Shown here: one piece after another, positions 11,100 to 24,280 of the stretch | How positions within the stretch are numbered: the stretch's first letter is position 1 | Layout of the letters: every line of letters begins with the position of its first letter | From: Takakia lepidozioides | Taxonomy: Eukaryota > Plantae > Bryophyta | NCBI GenBank assembly: GCA_030704615.1 | Contig: CM060734.1 | Span: 18,042,001-18,106,000 of the forward strand | Length of the DNA: 64,000 nucleotides | Direction: 5' to 3' | Notes under the pieces: generated by a model | What the model saw: the letters and a program-made list of their open reading frames with translations, nothing else | What the model was told of the DNA's origin: nothing | Databases searched by the model: none | Translations under genes and position numbers: made by a program

Positions 11100-12448
11100 T
11101 ATCCATATAATCCAACCACACCCCTCTTACCCCCACCTTTCCAAAATACCTTACCAAACACATTTTGAACCCCTTGAACTCGTCGTTCACCCACACGGAA
11201 CCCGCCATCAAAACCCTCTAAAATGCAGGCATTACTGCCACCATCCCCCCTCAACCGACACAACATACACAGACACCTGTATCGACCTCATACTCCTTAG
11301 ATGTGGAGACATCCACCCAAACCCAGGGCCCTCTTCTATAGATGATATCATTTGTCAATTACCCATAGACCCATGTAAGACATATATGCTCTATATTTCC
11401 AAAAAAACACCTTCTCCCTCACACACCAATACCAACATCTATCTGACCACTTGTTGAGCGGCTTTTACTCACCCATCCCTTCACTATCCGAGGTGGGAAC
11501 TCCAAGATAGAAGAGTTGGATATCTCTAAGCACTCAGCCCGCTCAGAACAATCAGTCATGACCTACAACTAGCTGTGTATCATGGAAGTGCTTCTTGTTT
11601 GTATTCTTTCTTGCCTTCATGTCAGCGAATTACCTTATTGTTTATATTTAAGCATCAGATTGCTTCAGCAATCTACCAGGTTCCAATCACTCACCCCTTC
11701 ATTCCACAGCTTCACTCAGGTCTCTCTACACAATGTGAGTATGGAATATGTATCAGATTAAGATCTATCAAATATCAGGCCGAAGCCATGGTGTCGCTAG
11801 TCTGCTCTACAGTATAACTCTACAGCTTGCATGAATCAAGCATCAACAGTTCGTGTTTCCTCCTTCACTGCGCTCCCCATTCCTCAGCTCCAGATCGTCC
11901 TCCTCTCCTCGATGACCAAGTCGTCAAGCAAGAAGTGTCATCTCCCTATTGCTACCCTGCCTTTTCTACCTGCAAGCTGTTCTAACTGCCTAACTAACTA
12001 ACTCTCATCCAGATAGAATACACGTTCCCGCTGCCGATGTCGTTCCCACACAGTCGTTCCCTGCCATGGTAACCGTTCCCTGCGAATGCTGTGACGGGTT
12101 GTGCCCAACTGTGTCGGCTGTGACTGGCTATGTTGGGCAATGTCGAGTTGTGTCGGGCTGTGACTGGCTGTGTAAAGCTATGTCGGGTTGTGGCTAATTG
12201 TGTCGGGCTGTGTCAGGCTGTGATAGACTGTGATAAGCTGTGATAAACTGTGATAGGCTGTGTAAGGCTGTGTCAAACTGTGTCAAGCTGTGTAAGACTA
12301 TGACTAACTGTGTAAGGCTTGTGTTGGTCTAAGTCTTCCATCCGTAAGTCTGCGCAAAAATTAAGGGTACCCCACAAAACCCATAAAACTGTCTAAGTCC
12401 CAGACAGCCCTCTAACATTACCCCTCCCCCTTTCAAAAAGTCGTGTCC

Positions 12449-15400
12449 TCACGGTTTACTCTTTAGGATCAACAAACCTTTGTGAGCGAGCACCCTTCTG
12501 TCGGTGAGAGTCCCTTGGAGGGCTCTGTGTGCGAGCCCGAGCCCTGTCACTGGCTGGTGGAGATGACTGGTCACCAAATGGAAATGTCTGTCCTTCCTTT
12601 GGTTGATAAGGAGGTAACTTCTCTGGCATAGGAGATCCCCGTCGTTTCGTCTCTGCCATTTGTAGTGCACATCCTCCGCCATGTCAAAAGTTTCCTCTAC
12701 AGAACCAGTTGTATCATAATCATCCTCCCCCCTGTGGACTTTCGGTGCTCTAACCTTCTCGGGAATCCTGCGTGGCACACAGTGTTTGTCCACCATGTCT
12801 GGAAGTTTAAACTTTAAAACCTGCATCAATCTCTTGAGTGCAAAATTAGTGTACTCCCGGAGCTCCTTGTCCGTATAGATGAGGGGTGTGCCAACGACCT
12901 TGGAATAGTGTAAGTATTTTCTGGCTTCATGTCCCTTATAAAAAAGATCGTCAAGGCCAAATTTTTCTTTGGCCAAAATGTCCAAAGCAAAATTGAACCA
13001 AAAACGAAGTTGGGGATCCTTCTGCAACATGATCTTCACATCATACAGATACGTATGGGGTGGAACTGAAGGTAAGACCCAATGATCCCCAGTGGAATAA
13101 CTCTGAAATCTCGACTGCATCTTCTGCTGCTCAATGTGATAGCGTGCAATGAAACAAGCCGCATAGTATAATCCACAACCCATGACCAAACTAGGTACCT
13201 CCTTGATCTTGGTGTAGATGTACCCATGAACAATCTGGAAGGCAATTAATTCCTTCAGCATGGTGCCTGCCTCAGACCAGTACCTCGCAAAATGGTGATC
13301 CTCAATGGGTCGGTTATTCGGAAGAACCTTAGTCCGAGTTGCCACCGGCAACCAAATGCGCATGCTCTAGTAATATTGTGGCAAAGACTCTAGGATTGAA
13401 TTCCTTCCAAGCCAAATCCATCACAATGGGAATTTGGTTGAAGGGCATAATCATAGCCCGATTGTACTCAAGTGCAGCAGGAGTCCTAGGTGGGTTAAAA
13501 GAAGCATCCCCCCAAACCTCAGATTGCTGCAGGGCCATGGTATCAACAGTGTCGACCTGTTGTGGTTGTTGTGATATGGCCGCCACTGTCCCTCCTATTG
13601 TTGGCAAGTCCTGCACCTCCTGCGATGAAGATTGAAAAATCAGAGTCCTCGCATGCAAATAAGCAGCCACCAGCTGTTCCTTAGGAACAAAGGCTCTTTT
13701 GTCAATGTTGGAGCTCAAGTCATCCACTTGAGTCTGCAGCCCTTCCACATCATCCGGCAACTCAACTATTCCACTATAGACATTGTCTATAGTGGTTGTG
13801 GCAATGTTTTGCACCTGCAGCCTGAGATCATTCATCTCTTCCTGGGTGAGCTTTCTTGGTGCCTTCCCTTCCACCGGCCCTTGTGTTAACCACTCTTGCA
13901 AAAGATGATTATCCACCAAGTCCTGTGTAGCACCCCGAAGAGCCTGCTCCTCCTTGCGTCTGTACATATCCAACTGCTGCTGTAAAGCCTCCATGTGCTT
14001 CGCATGAGGTTCAACCAGGGTTGCATAGGCAGCAGTCAAATTATTGGCTTCTTTCCAAGCCTTGGTAGTTACCGAAAGCTCATTCTTTCGTGATGTGAGT
14101 GTTTGCTGCAACTCAAGGATGTACCTGTCCTTCTGAGCCTCAACTTGACTGTATTGTTGGAAAGTATCCTCATTACGACGGCTAGTAGCCTTCAAGTCAG
14201 CAATGAATTTCGTCTGCTCCACTGATTCAGCCTCCACCATCAAACATCTATCAGCCTGATTCTTAACTTCTAATGCAGTCAGCTCCAGAGTAGTTGTTAA
14301 TGTGGCACATTGGATGGTCATTTTCTGATGAACTGACTCCAACTCTGTATGTAGCAACTTCACTTCCTGCAATTTTCCCTCATGCTTCACTTGCAACTGG
14401 TATAACTGCTGCTTGTGCACTTCATGCAACTTCTCCTACTCCAGACCTGCTTCAATCAGGTTTTCCTTTGCAAGCTATAGGGCAGCCCTCGTGTCTTCCA
14501 ACTCTTTCTGCAACTTGAGGTTGGCCTCCACATCCACTTTATTTGCACACTCAGTGACAATTCTTGCCTCAAACTCTTGCTTGAGCTCCTCCCTCAATGC
14601 TGCCAATTGCGTGGAAGGAACATGGGATTTCACATAGGTGCCCAACAGGTTGAGAGTCCTGCTTATGGAACTCATAAGCATGGCCTACTGTGGGTCTTCA
14701 TGGAGAACTTGTTGTTGTTCTTCCTGATCCTCCATAGTTTGATGTTTCACAAACCAATCGGGCCATGATCCCACAAGATCCTGTTCCTGAGCCACCTCAT
14801 CCTCCACAGGTGCTGCAGTGCCCTTGCACTCTACCCCTTGAACCTCTGTCACAGGTTTGGGCATGACTTGCACAAGAGGGATTTCCTTGGTCAGACTCTG
14901 CATCTTTGGTGCTACTGGTTCTCCGACCATGCCAGTGTTTTCATAGAAAAGGTCACCCTTCTCAATTTTTGCCACTACCTGCTCTGTAGTGGGGATGTCC
15001 AACCCTTCTCTTTCCACAACAATAGGCTCTGGTGTAACAGCATGTACTATCTGAGTTACCTCTGGAGCAACCGAGTCAACTGGCTGTGGTGGCTGTGGCA
15101 CTGAAGTAACTTCTTCCTCCCTCTCCAAAGGCCGTGCTTCCAACAATGACAGCCCCCTGTGTTGCTGTTCCCCATCCTACATAAGAGCTATGGAAACATC
15201 ATCTTGTGGTTTCCTTGTAGCTAGTGGATCTGCCACTACCGTCACATCCCGCTTCTGTCTCTTGGACTGTGCTGCCCCTCCAATCCCCCTTCACCTTGTG
15301 AAGAGCCCTGCTCCTCAATTGCAGTTGTGGCTGTCTCAAATACTCCCATCTCCTTGCGTTCTCGCGCATCAAGCAAACAAGAGTCAAGGATAATTTGCGC

Positions 15401-16511
15401 AATTATTGGGCCAGGCACAATGATCGGGGACTTAGCAGTAGTATTTTGTAACCGCTTCATCTCCTCCACCAGACCATTGTACATCAACTCCGCCCAAGCC
15501 ACATCCTCTCCCCTCAAGGCTTTCAGTACCTCCTCCATGAAAGATCTGCTAAGATACTGTTGGTTCTGTTTCATGGCAAACATAACGTTTAGTATTTGGC
15601 CAACTTCCCTTAACCCTGGGTACTCGGCCTTTGTGCAGGTGTATCCCTGGGTCTTAAAGAAACTTGTTTCTTGGAACAAATCCCCTATCTGCAATCTTGC
15701 CTTGTGTTCATCCACATTCACATGGGCTGATGGCAATTCAAACAGTTGCTGCAAGTACTGGGGAGTAATCTCTATATCTACTCCCCTCACCTGTGTAACT
15801 CTTGTCCGAGGCTCAAAGTTCTGAATGAATTGAATCATGAACCCCCGATGATGCAAGGACCATTCTTTGCGTAGCAGCCCTTCCAATCACAACTCCTTCA
15901 GCAGCTGCACTGCCTGTGGTGTAGCAATTGTTTGCTTCTGTAGAATCGTGGTGCTCTTCACCCTGATATCCTCCATTTCCCTAATTCTCTTCATCCCAGA
16001 CAAACAAGAAGGCCTTGTTTGGAATAGTTGTAGAAAAGCTTACAGGGCGTAAAGCATGAAAGTATGGTTGGCACAGAAAGGAACGGGTAAGTGAGTGTAA
16101 GCCTGTGGGGCTTGCAGATAATGAGTGAGAGAGAATGTCCTTTCAATCCGTCCGTCCTTGCGCCACTGCGTAAGTAGTAAAGCTAGCGTATAGTCTGTGA
16201 TATCCCATAGCTACAAAGCTATAGCTTTGATTGCCCCTCCCGTCGAGACGCTGGTTATTCGGAGCAACCCCGACTCTTCCGCTCATAACTTTTCTAATTT
16301 CTTGTTCTTGTTTCTTGGAGAGAACCACCTGCATGAAATTCACGTTCCTGATTGGCTGTTGCCTCCTTGGGTAACTTCTCAATTTTATCCCCATCTGTTC
16401 ACATTCCCACTTGGAATGCCCACTAGGACAGCACATGTGGCACAGGTCCCCCTTTGCTGTACGCGTAAAGGGTTCCGTTACCTGCTCCCTGGATGCATTA
16501 ATGGCCCGCAA
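12449..16511 (-). pseudogene. 3' accessory (env-like position) ORF: CCHC knuckle, plant-transposon-protein-like domain, acidic linker, coiled coil
   Basis: Co-oriented with pol. CHMCCPSGHSKWEC; FMIQFIQNF...QVRGVDIEITPQYLQQLFELP; long heptad-rich region at 13329-14681. The homologous frame is conserved in copy 2. Confidence 0.7.
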
Positions 16512-19500
16512 TTACATCAGCACGTACTTCTTCCACATGATATAGTTCATGTTTCCTTACTTTAATTGAATCCTCCAATTTCATTCTCCTCCCCCATTCA
16601 GTTCTCATGGTAGGTAATAAGAATTCCACTGGAAGTAAAAGCTTCCATACCATAAACTAATTGGAATGGTGTATACTTGGTGGTGACTTTATATGAAGTC
16701 ATGTATGACCACAAAGCTGTCAACAGCTTTGTATCCCAATCCATTCTGTTTGCATTGACTATCTTAGCCAAAATAGTGCATAGTATTTTGTTGGTGGCCT
16801 CTGCTTGCCTATTGCCCTGTGGGTAATAGGTTGTACTCTTCCTGTGCACAATCATGAACTCTTTAATAGTTCTATGGTCTCATTAATGAAGTGACTTCCC
16901 TGGTCACTGATAAATTCCAGGGGACAGCCAAATCTTGTGTGTATGTTCTCATACAGGAACCTTGCTGTGGACTTAGCTGTGTTGTCCTTCAGAGCCTTAG
17001 CTTCCACCCACTTTGTAGTATAATCAGTGGCTGTGATTATATACTTGCTCTGTGTATTCCTGGCTGGTGGATTAATTGGTCCAACAAAGTCTAGTCCCCA
17101 TTTCTGAAATGGTTCAGTAGGCATCGTAGGATGCAAAGCCATCTTCCCAGATCTCTGCAAAGGTCCTAGCCTTTGACACTCATCACAACTCTTGCAATAC
17201 TTGTGTACATCCTTGAACAAAGTAGGCCACCAGTAACCTGCAAGTAGTATCTCTCTACTGGTAGTCTCCTCTCCAAAATGTCCTCCAGCCACTCCTTTAT
17301 GAACTTCATGGTGGTACAAGCACCGTTTAAGAACTCCATCACGTCCTAGCTTATACAATATGCCACCTATCATAGTGTAGGGTAAAGCCTTGATAGCTAT
17401 TCTCTTCCTCTGTTCCTTCCCATAACTGGGTGGGCACTGATCATGAGTAAGGTAGTATCTGATTGGCCACTGTCAATCTAACCAATCATCTGCACTTCCC
17501 TGCACCTCCACTGCAAATAAACTCGCATCAGGCAGCTGGTCGTCTACTCCCGTGGCGGCCTCTCCTGTTGATAGCCGTGACAAGTGATCTGCCACAAGAT
17601 GCAAACGGCCAGGCTTGTAAACAACTTCAAATTCAAACTCGTGCAAGATTATCATCCATCTTGTTATCCTGCCACTTATCAAAGGCTTATTCACCAGATA
17701 AATCAAAGCTTGATTGATCCACATAAAACATAAACTTCCTTCCCAATAGGTAATGCCTCAATTTCTTAACTGCATAAATCATTGCCAAAGCTTCTCTTTC
17801 AGTAGTGCTATAGTTCCTCTCCGCACTGTTCAATAATCTGCTAGCATAGTACACAGGTGAATCTATATTTCCTGTGACATTCTGGGCTAACACAACCCCC
17901 AATGCTTCTCCTGAGGCATCACAGTGTACATGAAATACTACATGCCAGTGAGGGTTAATCAGCACAGATGTAGTTGTTACTGACAATGTAAGTGCTTCAA
18001 ATGCCTGTTGACATTCAGCTGTCTATGCAAACACTGCATCCTTCTTCAAAAGCTTGCTCAATGGGATTGTCATATGTGCATATCGTCTGACAAACCTTCT
18101 ATAATAAGTAGTTTGTCCAATGAACCTCTTTAGATCCTTAACGTTACTTGGTGGTGTTGAGGCTTTAATAGCCTCTGTCTTTTTAGGATCCACAAGCAGT
18201 CCATTCTTACACACAATGTGTCCCAGTAGTACCCCTGAGTTCACGCAGAAAGTACACTTTTCTGGATTCAGACCAAGACCTCTCATCCTGCATCTGGCCA
18301 AACATAACTCCAGCACTGAAGTCATCGAAGAACACTTGCATGAAATCATCCAGATACTCATAGAAGGATTCACTTATCACCCTCTGAAAAGTTGCTGGTG
18401 CATTACAAAGTCCAAAAGACATGACTTTGTATGCATAAGCACCCCAATCTGTGATAAAAGCTGTCTTTCCTTGGTCTTCTTCCGCCACTTGCACTTGGTT
18501 ATACCCACTGAAGTCATCCATGAATGAATACATCTCATGGCCTGCCACAGTGTCCAATACAGCTTCTGTAAATGGCAAGGGAAAATGATCTTTCTTTGTA
18601 CAAGCATTCAACTTTTTATAGTTCACACAAACCCTCAGTTTGCCATTCTTCTTGGGAACTATCACAATGGGTGACAACCAAGTTGGATACTCTATCGGGT
18701 ATATGAACTTAGCCTCAGCCAACTTTTTGATCTCTTCCCCAACCTTTTGTGCATAGTTGGGATTCATCCTGTACCTTGCCTGTTTGATTGGTACTGACCC
18801 TGGTTCCAGTTCGATCTTATGCTGACAGATCTCAGGTGGTATCCCTTTCAGATCCTCATAGCTCCAAGCAAATACATCTCTGTATTTGATGAATAGGCTC
18901 TTAGCTTCCTCAAAGAATTCTGGCTCCAAGTCAGCCCCCACTTTCACCATTCTTGGTTCCTCCTCAGTTCCTACATTCACTTCTCTTACCTGCTCTCAGC
19001 TGTGATTGTCCATCCAGCCACTACTTCATCCTGTAAACTCACAGTGGCTGGTTCTTCTAGGATTTCCATTTCTCCCCCTCTTTCCTCATAGAAATGTGGT
19101 GGGTAACTACTTGTTTCCCCCTCAATTGGTATTGCTGTTACTGCACCACAGCAGATACCTTTAAAGCAACTCAGGCCTCCCAGTTGCATTTCTGCAACCT
19201 GCTCCCACTCTGGGTGTGCAGCAAACAGTATAGCTTCCTGCTCCTCCCCTCCAGTCATACTCTCTGACTCCACGAGGTCTTCTGGTAGCAGGTAGCCTAC
19301 TAGATTTCTTAGTGGTGACCTGTATTTTGTGCTTCCCATCATGCACAGTCAGTAACTGGGAATTCCAGTCATGGAATACCCTGGCCTGCTTCAACAATGG
19401 CCAACCTAGCAATAAGGAGTAAGCTTCCATGACATCATCCATTTTCAACACAGTCACTGTGATCTTAAATATCATCTTCTGAATCTGTATCTTAACTCCT

Positions 19501-19680
19501 CTTATCAAGCCTAATGGCTGTACACTCCTTTGATCTGCCATTGTTACTGTGAATGGGGCTGGTTTCATGTTACTTAGACCAAGCTTCTGCCTTAATTGGT
19601 CTGTCATAATATTCACTCATGAGCCCCCATCTATCAGTACATCAGACAAGTCTGTGCTTCCAATTCTCAATTGGATTACT
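16512..19680 (-). pseudogene. Gypsy pol (PR-RT-RH-IN), disrupted
   Basis: ORF fragments 19161-19616, 18207-18980, 18023-18373, 17687-17986, 17473-17724, 16852-17373 and 16598-16855 carry canonical motifs. Confidence 0.95.
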
Positions 19681-20461
19681 GTTCATATGGTCGCGCTACT
19701 GCTTCAAGTGGTTCTAGTATGCTACGGTCAACTCACTACTCGGCAGTTTGCATCTGGTTTTATGGTCGGCCACACCGTGATCACTGCCTATCCTTTGTTA
19801 CCCTCTATGAGGCCAGATCGCCTGTAATGATCATTCCTAGTGCTCGTGTGGCTATGCTATAAAGTTGCTCTTCAATGCGGTGGCCCCTCGTATGGAGCCC
19901 GCATGCTTCATAAGGCAGAACTCACGATTTGCTCACCGATCTCATTACTTTGTGCTACGAACGCAGATGCAAGCTCCTCTTCAGAGTGTCACTATCCTCC
20001 TTTGTATCACGAAAAGACACCCGTCATGCTAAGCAAGACTCACTGTTACTTCAGCATGGATGCAAGTCCGCGTATGTATTACTGCGTCACTGAACTACAA
20101 TGCTAATCTCCTGCTAAGTCCTTGCTATCAGTGTCCATCATGACCGATCTACACATCCTCGGCGCTTCTCTCAGACTTGCCTTGTACCCTCAAAAGCTGG
20201 TAGATTAGCCCTTCACATGGGGCTGCTCCACTATGATCACCGCTCAACTGATTATTCTAATACTAAACACATTACCTGTATCAGGTGTACCTCCCTTCTA
20301 TGTGTTTAATACATGGCAAAGTGGCGTATAATAAAGGCTTGATAATGTCCAGCTTAAGCCTAAAACATAATTACCAAAATCTGCTTAGTCATGTACCATC
20401 GGTGCTGTAAATTGAAGGCCTCCACATCAGTGCGCCGCGTGTTGAACACATGACACCTTCA
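19681..20461 (-). repeat. Possible LTR remnant of another retroelement
   Basis: Non-coding. On the minus strand it begins TGAAGG directly after the purine run GGGAGGAG. It abuts the truncated XDH. Confidence 0.3.
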
Positions 20462-20474
20462 ACTCCTCCCAGGG

Positions 20475-22600
20475 GGCGTGGCCATGGTGCCCACAAAATT
20501 TGGCATTTCATTCACCACTAAGTTCCTCAATCAGGTCCTTGGCAACCATGCCCTTTCAGGTTTATAGGTTTACAGGTGTATGTGCTATATACAGGTATCT
20601 AGGTGACATATCAAGGGCTTTTGGTATAGAGTCTTCTTTCATCTAGTATGTTTATGGCATATCCAAGGTGTCTATGTAGTGGAAAGCTAATCGCTGTCAT
20701 TTTGGGATTGAACAATGAAGGCGGGAGCATTAGTGCAAGTATACACTGATGGCACAGTGCTGGTTACACATGGAGGCGTGGAGATGGGGCAGGCACAAAT
20801 TGCAGCATCTGCTTTAGGCATCCCACCTAGTGCTGTTTTCATTTCTGAAACCAGTACAGATAAGGTCCAACTTCCTTTCTTCCTCCCATGTGAGGTGATG
20901 GAGTTCCTCTGAATCCCCCTGTTTCTCACATGTCAGTGAAGTCAAATGGCAAGTAGCCCTTTCCAAGTGGACCCTTACGATCTCACCGAGCTTTTAGATC
21001 ATTCTGATGGTACATACCACCTAAAAATACAAAGTAATATCTTATGTTTCTTGTCGGGAGGATCAGTTTCTGGAAACCTGGCCCCTCCAAGACAACTGCA
21101 GTATGTAAGCGCACATTCACTTGGCCTATTTCCACAGGTACCCAATGCTCGCCAACAGCTGCCTCAGCAAGTTCAGAGATGTATGGAGGGGCCGTGCTGG
21201 ATGCTTGCCAGAAAATCAAGGCTAACATGAACCTGTAGCTGATAAGAGAAATTTATCCTCGCTTGCTGAGGTAATATTCTGTCCTGACAATACAATGATA
21301 CACACAGGAGGTCCACTCCCAGTACCCCCTGTTAGGAGCCTTTTCATCCTGTAACCATGTGGAACACTTCATTTTTTACGATGCTGATATTTCGTGTAAA
21401 CAGAGGAAATGTGTGATGTATCCTGTGCTTTTCTGTTCCTTGAGGTCTTCTCATGATCTCACAAATACCTGTATATCTTAACAGTCATGCAAAGGTACAA
21501 TGGCTTCAGTAGTATATGCATAGGAGGAAGCTTGGTAGGCCGTTCTGTCCTTTCTTCATTTCATTCTTTATTATTTTGTGTCTATCTAATATTGTTTCAT
21601 TGGGAGGAAAAGAGGAAACATTCTTTTCCCTTTCTCTCACTATTCTTGTGGCCTTGACATTCAGCTAGCAAACACCTGCTACATGGAGCGCATCGATCTT
21701 TCAGCACATGGATTTTACATTACTCCTGATATTGGATTTGACTGGACAACTGGAGAGGGTCAACCCTTTGCCTATTTCACTTATGGGGCTGCATTTTCTG
21801 GGGTTGAACTGGACAGTTTGACAGGGGACTTCCACATACGACGCGTGGATATTGTTATGGATTTGGGAAACTCTTTGAATCCAGCAATCAATATTGGCCA
21901 GGTATCCCTGCCTTTTAGAGAAGAACTCTTACCAAAATATTGTGGGAGGTAGGTTTGGAGGGGTCTCCATTTTGCTTTCCTTCAGATAGTAACCTGCTTC
22001 TTAAACCACAGGCTCAAAAAAGAGTAAATTCTGTGGGGCATACCTGCAGGTGGAAGGTGCGTTTGTGCAAGGTCGGCTGGGCAATTCTAGAGGAGTTGAA
22101 GTGGGGGGATTCTGCCCACCCCTGGGTAAAACCAGGTCATCTTTTCACACAGGGTCCTGGCACCTACAAGCTCCCAACTGTCAATGACATCCCGATTGAG
22201 TTTCACGTTTCGCTGCCCAAGGTTTGTAGTTTGTACCGTAAGTGTTGTAGCTGCCTGTGTACAACAAAGAATCTATGAGAGGTTTGTCTTCCAAAAAGTT
22301 TCAGCAAGTTTTCAGGCAGGACAGGGAGTAGATGTCGCAACAAAGTTAACAGATTTTCACCTATTGCAGGATGGGGCGGTCTATTCATCAAAGGCAGTGG
22401 GAGAACCTCCTTTGTTTTTGGCATCGGCAACATTTTTTGCCATAAAAGATGCTATTGCAGCTGCTCGGCGAGAGAGTGGGCACAATGGCTGGTTTGAGTT
22501 GGATGTCCCTGCGACACCTGAGCCCATACGCATGGCTTGTGCTGATGAGTTCACACTGCCATTTGCCACCCCTGATCTTCGGCCTAAACTGAGTGTATAA
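20475..22600 (+). pseudogene. XDH: Xanthine dehydrogenase, C-terminal molybdopterin-binding exons only
   Basis: Six exons with GT-AG introns: [57 protein letters not shown]...YFTYGAAF, VEGAFVQG...[21 protein letters not shown]...KLSV*. GLHTKV is missing after EMGQ, there are frameshifts at ~21150 and ~22074, and the 5' part is absent. Confidence 0.92.
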
Positions 22601-24280
22601 GGAATCATCAGCAGCCCTAGAGATTCTTCCGCACTGGTTTGGGAAAGGAAGGAGTGTGGGCTTGCATGCACATCAGTCAAATCGAAGACAGTAATAACAC
22701 ACCCATATGGGGCCTAATGTGATTATCTGTGTAACTTGGTGAGGAGATCAGCTCAGTTTGTAGATTGTCCTCAGGTTGTTTGTCTGGGTTGCAGTTTGAA
22801 TCACTTCCACATCTATTGCTAGAACAGGGAGGATACTTGTACAGCTTTGAAACTAGTAATTAGGTGCAGCCAAAAGCCCCACTTTGTTATAAGCAGCATT
22901 CATAAGGCAGCCTGACAGCTGATGTGCTATACAGATATGAAGGTTAGACTCTTATGGATGCTCCTTATCTGAATCATAAGATTCATAATACAATGGATAA
23001 ATGACCCCAGCCATTCCACAAATTTTTACTAGAAACATGTTCTGGTGCTCATTTTGCAACTATCTAGTTTGTTGTATAATATTTTGAGATTTGGCTTGCC
23101 ACTTTCTGGCGATCCGTACTGGGCACAGTTAACCTGCCTGAAGGGACACTGGCCTGTGGCTTCGAATGGGTTCAAGACATTACTATAGCCCTCATAATAT
23201 GTCGGTTAATCTCTACATTCCTACTCATCTACCTGCAAGAGAGGTGAAGTTCTAGAGCTTCTCAGTAAGTGTAATCCTGATATATTGTCTAAACTGATGT
23301 CATTCTCTGGTATATGTCCAAATTATGTGATGCAAAACAACTTCCTGCAATGATAGATCGGGTGAAGCACCTGTTCTATCTGTCACAATCTTGTAAAGAG
23401 TGTGATATGCAGAAGTTCCCATTCTTTCAAAAGTTGAGGATCACAACAGTAGATATTAATGATCAGAAATTCAGCCTCAGAAATGGGTTTCATTGATGAT
23501 CCTCAACAAACCCAAACACTTTTGTGTGGTTCTCCTCAAACCTTCCCTGGGTGGAGAATATTTATCAACCTTCATCAAGCTAGAGATTGTCCACTGGAAC
23601 TTCAAGAGAACCAAGAAATCTTAGTTAAAAGCAGTATGCTCCAGATCAATGGTTGTGACTTGTGACCTGCACCTCACAAAAGGTTAAGTTGATTATCTGT
23701 CAAACATTTCATCTCTTGCCTAATTCTGGTCATCAAGTTCTGATTTGCAGTTTGATAGCACGAGCAGGGTGCTAGATTCAAAACGTACACCCCCACTGCA
23801 AGACCTGGCTTGCAAGCAAACCAGTAATTTCCATGGCCTGGCAAAAGACCCACAGAAAGAACTACACAGTCTCTCGAACAAACAAAAACCCACAAGCAGG
23901 AAATGAAAAATCGGTGAGGGGTCGATTCAAGGAATCACAATTTGATATATGTCCAAAAGAAGCAAGGTACTGAATCACCCTCCAAGTTTCTAAGCAACTC
24001 TGCACGATGTTACCTCACTATCTGTCATGAGATCAGCTCAAGACCTAGCAAATTTACACACCTGCCAGGCTACACACTGCAGGACGCCAAATCCCCTGGA
24101 AGTTTTGGACAGATCCCATCCCTACCAGTCCATCAGAACTAGCTCTATCCAGCAGTACCGAACTCTTTCCTCGCACTAAAAAGGAGTGTCTATTTGCCGC
24201 CTGCACCTTTTGTTTTGGATGCCTCTCCCTCACATTCCTGTACTCTCCAGACAACACCCAACGTGTATGTGACCTGTTCA

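Larger units (their letters stand above)
11521..19680 (-). mobile_element. Ty3/Gypsy (Athila/Tat-like, non-chromovirus) element copy 1: pol, large 3' extra ORF and 3' LTR; 5'-truncated
   Basis: Protease VLIDGG, RT YLDDF region, RNase H CDASG, integrase GGHFG/WGLDFVGP/SDQGSHF. PPT GGGGGAGGGG at 12421-12430. The LTR begins TGTTAGAGGG at 12417 (-) and matches 50989 (+). The left LTR boundary is uncertain. Confidence 0.9.
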
